Origin: a virus
Lineage: Duplodnaviria > Caudoviricetes
Length of the DNA: 64,000 bases
Virus record (IMG/VR): IMGVR_UViG_3300047564_001818
Reading direction: 5' to 3' (one strand)
Every line of letters starts with the position of its first letter. Position 1 is the first letter of the stretch. The notes beneath the pieces are model-generated. The model had not been told where the DNA came from, ran no database searches, and worked only from the letters and a program-made list of their open reading frames with translations. Below are positions 38,401 to 50,400 of the stretch, one piece after another. Position numbers and translations under genes: made by a program.

Positions 38401-41400
38401 TCTAAACGGTCGTCAACTGATACACAGCAGAGACTACACATTTAACACAGACGGTTATGCACTGATCAGTGCAGGCCAACAAGAAGGCGACATAATCGAA
38501 ATAGTTGAATACTCTACAACTGACGGTAGCTTCATTGCTCCAACTCCTTCTAAACTAGGCCTATTCCCTAAGTATGAACCTGAACTGACTATAGACGACA
38601 CTTATCAAACTGAAGAACCTAGCACTACAGGCCCATACAAGATTTATGGAGAAGTTGACGTTGGTCCAATTCTAGCAGGTACTAGAGGTTGGTTCTATCC
38701 TGTTTATACTACACGTTCGGCAGCACGAGCAGCAGATCAAGCACTTGGCGGCACAGGAGTAGTCGAATCGTATCAGTTTAAAGGTCTTAATAGAACGTTG
38801 TATATGGCAGTAAATGCCCAAAATACTAGAGGCGGCCAAGATAACATAGAAATAGATGCTTATCCTGTAGGTATACCTTTTGTGAGAGGTCACGACGGCA
38901 GCTATATTAGAGCTTATCTTGACTATAGAGATAATCTACTAATAGAACTAGAAAATAGAATATTTAATAACATCAAGGTTGAATGGTCAGAAGACATAAC
39001 AGATATCTACAGTTTCCTTGGCGGCGATTTTAGAACTAGTGAGTTCTCTAAAACTGAAATTGACAGAAGCTTGCTAACAGATTTTACCCAATGGCTGAAG
39101 TTAGTAGATAACGATTATACTGACAATTTCTTTTATGATAGACTAAACGAGTTTACATTCAACTATTCAAATGCTAATAATCCTCAAGGCAAACTGATAC
39201 CGGGATTTTGGAGAGGCGTGTACAAACGTGCGTTTGACACAGACCGTCCTCACAGTCATCCATGGGAAATGATAGGATTTGCTATTAAACCTGAGTGGTG
39301 GAACACAGTGTATGGACCTGCTCCGTACACTAGCGATAACTTAATAATGTGGAGAGACTTAGAACAAGGTATCGTAAGAGAGCCAAATAAAGAAACAGTA
39401 GTTCGTGCTAAGTTTACTAGACCTGGTCTAGTAAACTTTATTCCTGTAGATGATCAAGGCCGCTTAAAATCACCATTGGCATCTAGTTATGTTAAAAACT
39501 TTGTACCGAGATTAAGTACAGGTAACTTTAACTTTGGAGATGAAGCACCTGTAGAAACAGCATGGCGAAGAAGTTCGCAGTATCCATTTGCTGTAATTAC
39601 AAGCTTGCTCTTAAACAAGCCTGCCCAAACTATGGGCTCGGGGTTTGACGTTAGCAGAATTTCTAAAAACTTAGCAGGTCAAAAGGTTTACGCAGCGTCG
39701 AGTAAACCAATATCAAATCTAGACATTGTATTTCCTAATACAATTTCTGACAATCAAAGAATATTAACTGCTGGTTTTGTAAACTACATTTACAATCTAG
39801 TAGCTAGTGACATACTAGCAGTATATAGTGACTATCAAACACAACTTACAAGTTTGACAAATCAGCTAGGCTTTAAACTAGGTGGATTTACTGACACACA
39901 AAAGTTAAATCTAATACTTGAAAGCAGATCGCCTGCTGCAACGTTTGAAGGCGGCGTGTTTGTACCTCAGGAAAACTATAAAATAGTATTCAATACTAGT
40001 TCTCCTGTTGATCTAGCAGTTTATAGCGGTGTAGCAGTAGAAAAGGTAGCCAACGGATTTGTTGTGAGAGGTTATAACAACGATGCTCCGTTCTTTGAAT
40101 ACTATGCACCTAGAACAGGTACTAGTGGTGTTTCTGTAACAGTAGGCGGAATCTCAGAAACTGCTTCAGAATGGCGATCAAATACTAGATACCAAGAAGG
40201 TCAAATTATACAAAATACCAATGCCTTCTATAGAGCAACGGCAACTTTTACGTCAGGCAACACTTTTGACACTGATAACCTAGCACGATTACCAGTATTA
40301 CCTATTGTTGGCGGAAAAACAGCAGAGTTTAAGCGAACTTTTGAAAATACACAAGTTAGATCAATACCATACGGAACGTTACTAGCAAACAGCCAGGCAG
40401 TAGTTGACTTTTTATTAGGATATGGTGCTAGACTAGAAGATATAGGATTTGATTTTAACTTTGTAGAAAACGAAGGTCGTGTTAACAACTGGGATTCAGC
40501 AGCAAGAGAGTTCTTGTTCTGGACCACACAAGGTTGGGCCAGCGGCACTGTGATTACAATATCGCCGGCAGCTAATAGATTCTTTTTCCAAAGAGATTAT
40601 GCTGTTGTTGATGACATTTACGACAAGTTTTACAATTACAGTATACTTCAAGCAGACGGTCAATCACTGCCTAGAGAGTTTGGCAGCTTGTTAAGAGATC
40701 AAAACAGTTTTGGTTTAGAAACTGTAAACACAGACGAAGGGCTTTACTCAATAGCATTGCCCTTAGTACAAAAAGAACACGTAGTACTACTAGACAATCG
40801 CACAATATTTAACGATATTGTTTACCAGCCTAGCACAGGCTATCGCAGAGACAGAATTAAAGTAGCAGGTTATCGTTCAGACAACTGGAACGGCGGCCTA
40901 AATATTCCTGGTTTTGTATACGACGAAGCAATAACCACAGAATGGACACAGTGGCGAGATTATGCTATAGGTAGCTTGGTTAAGTATAAACAGTTTTACT
41001 ATGTGGCTACTGAAAATGTTTCCGGTAGTAAAGATTTTAATAGTAACTTCTGGTTTAGACTAAATGAAAAGCCAGCGCCAGAACTGATCACTAACTTTGA
41101 TTACAGAATCAACCAGTTTACAGATTTCTATGACCTAGACACCGATGGATTTGACGCTGAACTACAGCGTATGGCACAACATTTAACAGGTTATCAAAAG
41201 CGCCAGTACCTTGCTAACATCATTAACGACGATGTTAGCCAGTACAAGTTCTATCAAGGTATGATACAAGACAAAGGTACTAAGAATGCACTTACAAAAC
41301 TGTTTGGCAAGCTTAGTTCGGCCGGCGAAGAAAGTCTTGAGTTTTTTGAAGAATGGGCGCTACAAGTAGGACGTTTTGGTGCAGTTGATAGTGTACAGCA

Positions 41401-44400
41401 GATAGAGTTTAATCTTAAACAAGATAAAATGCAAGAGTCACCACAGGCTATTGAACTTGTAAACAGTTTACCTGCTCTAAACTTTGACAAAATATATCGC
41501 ATCTTGCCATTTGAGATGTACGACAAACCTGCAGATTACAATCACAAACCGTTTCCGATTAAACCGCTGGATAAAGAATATATCAGATCAGCAGGCTACG
41601 TAAATGAAGAAGACGTTTCATTCATAGTAGGCACTACAGAAGAACTCAACACAGGTGACGTAAATCTTTTAGGACTAGGTGAATATGTTTGGGTTACCGA
41701 AGTAGGTGCAACTCCTTGGGATGTTTACCAACATGTAGCTACTAATGCTAGAGTAATTGAACTAGAGGACAACCAAGAAACTAACAGTCAAGGTATACCT
41801 CTAATGAGTCTACTACTTGACAAGTGGGCCAAGGACCACGTTCAACCTGGCGATCTAGTTGGTGTAAGATCTGCGCAAGACAACAATCTTAATAGCATAT
41901 ATAAAGTCGATAGCATTGATCTAGAAGTTGTTAAAATACAAGTTCCTGCAGATAACGAAATAACACCATTTGGCACAGCAAACTACATTTTAACTAAGCT
42001 AAGAAGTGTAAGAGCTAACGATCTAACTGGTCTTGCAGCACTAGCACAAGAAAAATTGTACAACAATCAACGTGTATGGGTTGATGACTACAACGGTGAT
42101 TGGGCTGTTCTTGAAAACACACCTGTTTATGTAAATCGTCAAACTCTATCAAATCTGTCTGATTTTGACAGCACTGTGCAGGACTTTGGTGCAAGCATTG
42201 CAGCAACTCCTGACAACAACAACATTTTTGTAGCAGCACCAGGTGATGCCAACGGTAAGATATTCTTCTATCGCAGAACTAAAGAAACATTCAACTTCAA
42301 CGTTGATCAAGAGATAGTGCTAGATGAACCTAATCTCTATACTGTAACTAATAGTGGATTTGCATCTAGTGTCGACGTTTCAGAAGACGGCGAGTATTTA
42401 GTTGTAGGATTACCCGATGCTAGCGGTGTAAAAACTAGATTTAAAGGAAACTTTGATGCCGATGTTACATATAACAAAAATGAAATTGTAAAATATCGTG
42501 ACAGCTTGTGGAAAGCTAACAGAACTATTCTTCCACAAATTGCAACACAGTCGTTCAGCACATTTGATACCTACGTTAACATTGCTAACAGTGCAGACGT
42601 AGATTCTACTAGCCTTACACTGCTAGTAGCAGGTGATCCAGGGCTTGAAGACAATACTGTTGATCACTTGTTAGTTCGTGCTCCTAAAGACATGTATCTA
42701 GGCACTAAAGCTGGTGATACTATAAACTTATTTTGGAACAGACGTAGTTATGCTTACCCAACACTGGATGTGTTTCTTCCGTTTGATGGAGTAATACCTC
42801 AAATAACACCAGAGTTTTTACAACAAGATCATGAAATTATAGAAAAAATAGATCATGTATTTTTTGTAGAAACTTTTGTTACACTACCCAGTGTTGGCGA
42901 TATTGTAACTACGGATACTGGTCAAGCAGAAGTGTTTTATGTAAGCACTAAAAGAGATAGTGCAGTTCTTTATCTAAAAAATACCAATGGTACATTTGAT
43001 ATTAGTGGCGAATTGTTTATACAAGCAGTAGACTTTGTAGGGTTTTATACAGAAGAAGACACTTACAATACTAGTGATACAATTGACGGTTTTTGGTATA
43101 TAGAAACACCTAGCTATTCAAACAACGGTCGTTATTATGATGTAGGTCGTGGACTTGTATATGCTGATGTAAGACTACAAGGATCTACTAGATCGCTAAA
43201 TGCTTACTATAATGTTCAAGATACTATAGGTGTTATAGGTAACTATGTTTTAAACAGAGATAGAGTTAGTTTTGTAACTCAGTTAGCCTATAGAGGAGAC
43301 CCTGCAGGCGCAGACGGTGTGAACGGAACAGAACAAAACATACCTTCAGATCTTTGGGTTGTTAGAGCTGGAAAAATCTTTACTGATACATTGACAGCAG
43401 GAGACAGTTTTGAATTCCGCATGTATGATCTTGATAACAGAGACTTAACCAACACACTTGATCTTGCTGGTATTACTGGAAACTACACTGTTACTAACAA
43501 AACACAAACTGTCTATGATCTGTGGGACGGATACATTGATTTTGAATTTACGAGATTTGACTTTAGTGGTTTTCCTTTTGAACCTCAAATAGGAGACATA
43601 ATTGAAGACGTTCAAACTCCTAGAGACGGCACAGGCGGCCTAGCTCTTACTAGCATAACAACTAGTAGTGCTGAAGTTGTTTACTTACAGCGCAACTTTA
43701 ACAGCGTCAGAGTTTATGTAAAAGTTCTCTCAGGCACGTGGGCACAACAAAACAATATTGGTCGTTACGAAATAAGACGCAATGCCAACAACTCAATTAG
43801 AGGACCGGGTGATGTCGATCGTGTTATGGGAACTGTTAACTCTCCTAATAATGATATTGTGGTAGGAACAGCACAGGTTGGTAAACTCATAGTATTCCAA
43901 AACACAGTAAACTTTACAGATACAAGAGCATGGAATGCTATTCCTCCTGTAGTAGATGAAGAATATTTCTTCTTTGACGAAACAGTAGAATCAGGTATAG
44001 CTCGTGAACCTAACACACCGTTCAGCCTCAACAAGGATTATACACAGGTCTACCACATTCCTGCTGATGAGTTTGGCACAGCAGGACCTGCAGGCGAAGG
44101 CGCAGTGGCCATATTCCGCAAACTACCAGACGGCAGATACAGGTTTAAAAAGCTGTTTGTAAGCGAATACGGAACTGCAAACAGAGGGTTTGGTAAAACT
44201 GTTAAAATTAAACAGGTCAACAACTATTATACACTGTTTGTGTCAAGCATAGGAAATGGCAGTAGAGATCATCCTGGCAGCGTAGAAATATTCCGTCACG
44301 GTACTAAACCTAGCGACAGTTTCCGTGGAGAATATAAACTTACTGCTTACTCACAAGGTGATATAGTAATCTACAAAGATGAATACTATGTTGCTAGAAA

Positions 44401-47400
44401 GAATGTGTCAGAGACTGAGAACAGAATACAAGATCCAATCTATTGGAATAATATTAGCTGGCGTAGAGGAAAAGATGTCAACTACAGAGGTGACTGGGAT
44501 AACAGCTACGGATATGCAACAGGAAGTATTGTACGATACAACAGTAAATTCTATCAAGCACAGACTAACATAGCAGCAGATGAACCATTTAATACTGCTC
44601 TATGGCAAGAACTTAGTGAGTTGATTGATTATGTAGGATATCTACCAAATCTAACTGGTGTAAATGCTTACAATGAAGATGTGTTTGATCCAGTAACTAA
44701 TATTGCACAGTTTAGCAACGCATTTGATGTAAGCAGAGATGCACAAGTTATCGTAATCACTGCTGAACTAGTTAATGCCAGCAGCACTAGTGAAACTAAG
44801 GTATTGGTATACAGAGAAACTGGCGACAAATACCTGTTGGATCAAATCATTGATGCTCCTGAATTACAAAACACAACTGATTGGGCAAGAAAAATTAGCA
44901 TACGTCCGAGCGGAACACAGTTTGCTATCAGTGCTCCTTTAGATGATGTTATAAAAACTAATCAAGGTCAAGTGTATGTTTACAATCAAGTAGACGGCGA
45001 GTTTGTGTTAAGTCAAACATTAACACCGCCAAACAATGAAGAAAGTGAACAGTTTGGTTATGACATTAGTTTTGGTGAAGATAACCTTGTAGTATCTAGT
45101 TTAAATGGCGATCAAAGAATACCTGCTACTTTTGACAGCGGCGCAACTGTGTTTGACAACAACTTTACTAATTTTAGAAACATTAAACTAGATACAGGTG
45201 TAGTTTATATATTTGAAGAACTTAACAATAGATTAGTTTATAGCGAACAGTTCCGCTACGATTCTGCACAGTCAGAGTTTGGTGAAACACTGTTAGCTAA
45301 TGATAATCATGTTTATGTGGGTGTGCCGTCACATGCGTCTAACGAAACTTCAAAAGGTATCGTAGTTGATTACAGAAAGCCAAAAGGTGTTTATGCTTGG
45401 AATACACTAAGATCAAGTGTTACACCTGTTGACATCTCTAGAATAGAAGGCATATTCCTTTACAACAAGCGTACTAATCAGATTGTTAGTTACATTGATT
45501 ATGTTGATCCAATACAAGGCAAGATCCCGGGTGTTGTAGAACAAGAGTTAACTTACAAGATAGGATTTGATCCTGCGGTATACAATGTTGGCGATTTAAC
45601 TGACACAACAGTTGATCCTTCAAGATACTGGGGTGCAGAACACGTAGGCCAAACTTGGTGGAACATTAATACTGCTAGATTTGCTTTCCCATATCAAGGA
45701 TCAACTGCGTTCCAAAAGAACGAATGGAACCGTTTGATGCCAGCAGCAACTATTGACATTTACGAATGGGTAGAAAGCGATTTACTACCGAGTCAATGGG
45801 ATCAGCTAGCAGACACTGATGCAGGAGTTGATAGAGCAATAAGTGGTACATCTGTTTATAGTGACGCCAAATATAGTGCTAGATTAACTTATGACGATGT
45901 TGGCCAAACTTTTAGTGTCAAATATTACTTCTGGGTACAGAATAAGAAAACTGTACCAGTAAGCAGAGACAGACTTATTAGCACTTTTGAAATGGCTAAT
46001 CTAGTTGCTAGACCAAGAGAACAAGGCTATAGATTTGTTAGCTTCCTAAGTGAAAATAAGTTTGTAGTAAACAACTTTGAAAATCTAGTAACTTCAGATG
46101 ACTTAGTACTAAACATACGTTATAGCACAGGACCGCAAAAAGAACAAAACACACATGCGCAGTACCTATTGATGTCAGACGGGTTAGACCGCAGCAGACC
46201 AGATCCTGACGTTGAACGCAAGTGGTTTGATAGCTTGATAGGTGTTGACACCAACAACAGACCTGTACCAGATCCAAACATACCGGCTGCTAAACGCTAT
46301 GGTATACAGAATCGTCCAAGACAGGGCATGTTTGTAAATCGCATAGAAGCACTCAAGCAAGCTATAGAGCGTGTAAATCTTGTAATATCTCAAAATCTAA
46401 TAGTGGATCAATATGATATTGACAGACTGTTCGAAAAAGAACCACAGCCATCTACAGCTACAAAATTGTATGATCTGTCAGTTGACACTTATGCTGATCT
46501 ACGATTTGTAAGTACAAACAAAGTAACACCTGCTAGACTGAGACCTGTAGTATTGAATGGTCGTTTGATTAGAGTAGACATCACAGAAAGCGGACGCGGG
46601 TACAAAGTTGCTCCTAGCATTGAAATAGTTGGCAGCGGAGTAAATGCAGAAGTTGAACTAACAATTAATAATCTAGGACAAGTAATTGCAGCAGAAGTAG
46701 TTAATGACGGTTCGGGATATGACGAAAACACACTAGTTAACGTAAGAAGATTCACTGTCCTAGTAAATAGTGATGAAACACTAAACGGTAAATGGGCACT
46801 TTACTCATGGAACAACAACACTAACTCATGGTTTAGAAGCAGCCTACAAGATTACGATGTAAGCTTGTACTGGAACTATGTTGACTGGTATGCAGAAAGC
46901 TACAATCAGTTTACAAACATTGATTACGAAGTTGATGGTGCTTATCTATTGAGCAGTCTAGATGATCTAGTAGGCGATATAGTAAAGATCAAAAACGTAG
47001 GTAGTGGCGGCTGGCTGCTGTTAGAAAAAGTTGCCAGCGAGCGTACAGAAGATTATACCATAAACTATAAGACTATAGGTCGTCAAAATGGTACAATACA
47101 GTTTAAAGACAGCTTGTATGATTATTCTAAGAATACAGTCGGATTTGATAATCGCAGCTTTGACAGCTGGTTCTATGATAATAATCCTGCCAAAGAGTTG
47201 AGAATCATACTAGAAACACTGCGTGACAACATATTGATTACTGATCTTGCTGTAGAATACAATCAACTGTTTTTTGCAAGCTTGCGTTATATTCTAGCAG
47301 AACAGCCAAGAGTTGATTGGATGTTCAAAACTAGTTTTGTGAATGTTAAACATAATCTAGGTGCGCTTGAACAAAAGATAAATTTTGAAAACAATAAGCT

Positions 47401-50400
47401 ACCTAGTTATCAAGCTTATGTCGAAGAAGTAAAACCATACAGCACCAAAATAAGAGAGTTTGTAAGTTCGTATAACAGTCTAGACAATACCAACAGCAGT
47501 GTAACAGACTTTGATAATGCACCTTACTATGATGAGTTGACTAAACGTATAGAAGCTAGTCGTGCAGTTATACGTGACGGTGTATTGTTTGGTGCCAATT
47601 CTCTTGCTAACGAATATCCACGCAAGCATTGGGCGGATAACATAGGTTATGGCGTAAAAGAAATACGCATAGCTAATCCTGGCAGTGGATATACCGGCGA
47701 ACCTAAAATACGCTTAGAAAGCAGTGAAGGCACTGGGGCTACAGCTCGTGCATACTTAGGTTATGGACGCATTACTAAGATTGAAGTAACCAATCCGGGT
47801 CAAGGGTATATTACAACACCTAGAGTAGTAATAGAAGGACCGCAGAACGACACAGGCGTACCGGCCTTAGCTAGTGCCATACTAGGCAACGGACTGGTAA
47901 GAACACCTTCAATAAGAATCAAGTTTGACAGAACAGCAGGCATTTACACATTTGAAGATCTAGCCGAAACAGAAACATTCACAGGTTCAAATGTAAGATC
48001 TGTATTTGATCTAGAATGGCCAATGGATCTTGATAATAGAAAAGTTAAAGTATATGTAAACGGCACTGAACAGTTAAGAAGTCAATACAGCTACAAGAAT
48101 GTAGACTATTTGCCAACAGCTGAATCTTTAGCTAAAGATTTTGTGTATAACAATATAACCAGCGCAGCAGGTCCTGGAACACAAAAGTTAGTAGAAGGTT
48201 ACAGCTACCAAAAAGGTCGCATAACTTTTGCTCGTCCTCCTGCCAGTGGTGCAACCATAACAGTTGAATACTACAAGCCGTTAAGTATGCTAGGAGCTGA
48301 AGACCGTATTAGGTTTGCTTATGCTCCTGTTGCAGGTATGTTAGGTAACGATCTAGCACAGCTAATGAGCGGTGTAGACTATGGTGGTGTTGAAGTACGT
48401 GGATTTGATTTTGGCGGCCCGAGCGGATGGGATAGCCAAGGATGGTACACAGACACTTGGGATACCTTTGATAACACATTTGAAGATGAAGTATTTGTAG
48501 CAGATGGATCTACTATAACAGTCGAACTATCACAACCACTAACTAACGGCGTTGTCTACAACCTTTATAAGAACGGTGTAAGATTAGACGATCCTAGCTA
48601 TAACAATGGAACACCTACAAATCCAAATGCTGTAACTAATAGCATAACAGGCAACGGTGTAACTACGGTTATCGATCTTGACGATCTAGGTATACCATTG
48701 TTAGACGGCGACATACTGATTGTAAGAAAAGTTACTAGCGACGGCAGTGTAATACCCGATCCTCTCAGCTATGATATGGCACTGTCAGGCGGTGATTTAG
48801 CATATCAAACAGCTAGAGGCGTTAACCCGGAAGAGATTGTTATAGACGGTGACGGTTTTGTTACACCTACAACATCAAGCGGTCCAGAAGAACTAGTACC
48901 AGGACAAGTTCTTGATACACTGGATATCAAAGTCTATACTAGAGAGAGTAGCGGCCAAGGCATGATCTATAGCCAAAGCTACATTATGAACAGTGCCGTT
49001 ACTGTTTATGATCTAGGTGTTATACCCGGCAATCAAAACAGTGTGATTGTAAAACTTAACAATGTAATATTACCAGCAGACCAGTATACTATAGACTGGA
49101 CTAATCGTACAGTTGAAATATTAAACCCAATCAATGGTGCAGAACTGAATATTGTTACTGTTGGTCTTGGCACTCAAAACATCATGGACTACGGATTCTT
49201 TACATCTGTAGAAGGTCAAACTGATTATGTAACTACAGTTGAATGGACAGACAATGCTAATGTGTATGTCACCGTGAATGGTGTACAACAGGCTGTATTA
49301 GTGTTTAGAAATAGTGTTAACAATAGAACTGCATTTAGATTCGACACACCGACCGCAGCAAGTGATATAATATATTGGGTTGTATTTGATAATAGCACAG
49401 AAGTAAACTACAGTCAAATAGTCAAAGACTCATTTACAGCCAACGGTACAGATACTCAGTTTGAACTGCTAACTGCTCCGTTCTATGCTCAGCCTAACGA
49501 ACACAACATACTTGTTAAAGTAGGCAACTCAATACTAAACGCAGGATACAATCTACAGTTTACTATACCAAGCACGGGCGACAGAGAATATGCACTAGAA
49601 ACATTCCAACAGCCTGTAGGTTCACTTGATGTGTCTGAAGTGAAGGTATTTTTAAACGGCATAGAGATTACAGCTCCAGTACAGTGGCGTTTAGATATTA
49701 ATAACAGTTCAGTTATATTATCAGATGAAGTAGGTGTACCTGGAGATCTTTTAGAATTTTATGTAATTGCAGACGGCGACTATAGAATTTCTAATAAAAC
49801 TGTAACACTTAATACTGCACCTGCTAATGGTACTGTAGTTGAGATATATCAGTTTAGCAATCATGATTTGTTGGGCATTGAAAGAATTAACTATGATGTG
49901 GTTGCCAGAACAACATTAATACCAGAAGACATACAGTATGTAACCTACAACAGACTAACAGTAGGAGAAATCACACTAAGATCACCAGCAGTGGATGCTG
50001 AGTATGTTTGGGTAGCAGTAAACGGCGAACTGTTAACACCTAGTGTTGACTACTACGTAACCAATGACAGAACTAAACTAAGACTAGTACGCACCCCTGC
50101 TGCTAATGATGTGATTGATGTAATACATTTTACAACACCTGTAAATGTAGCGAGATTTGCATATCGTCAGTTTAAAGATATGTTGAACCGTACGCACTTC
50201 AAGCGTCTAGATACCGCAGCAACAGCACTAGCACAACCGCTGAACTACTACGATCTAAGAATAGAACTAGTTGACGGAACTGCATTGGCTGAACCAAACA
50301 AGGGTCAAAACATGCCGGGAATCGTTTGGATTAACAGTGAACGTATTGAATACTTTGTAAAAGAAGGCAACACACTGCGTCAGTTGCGTAGAGGTACACT

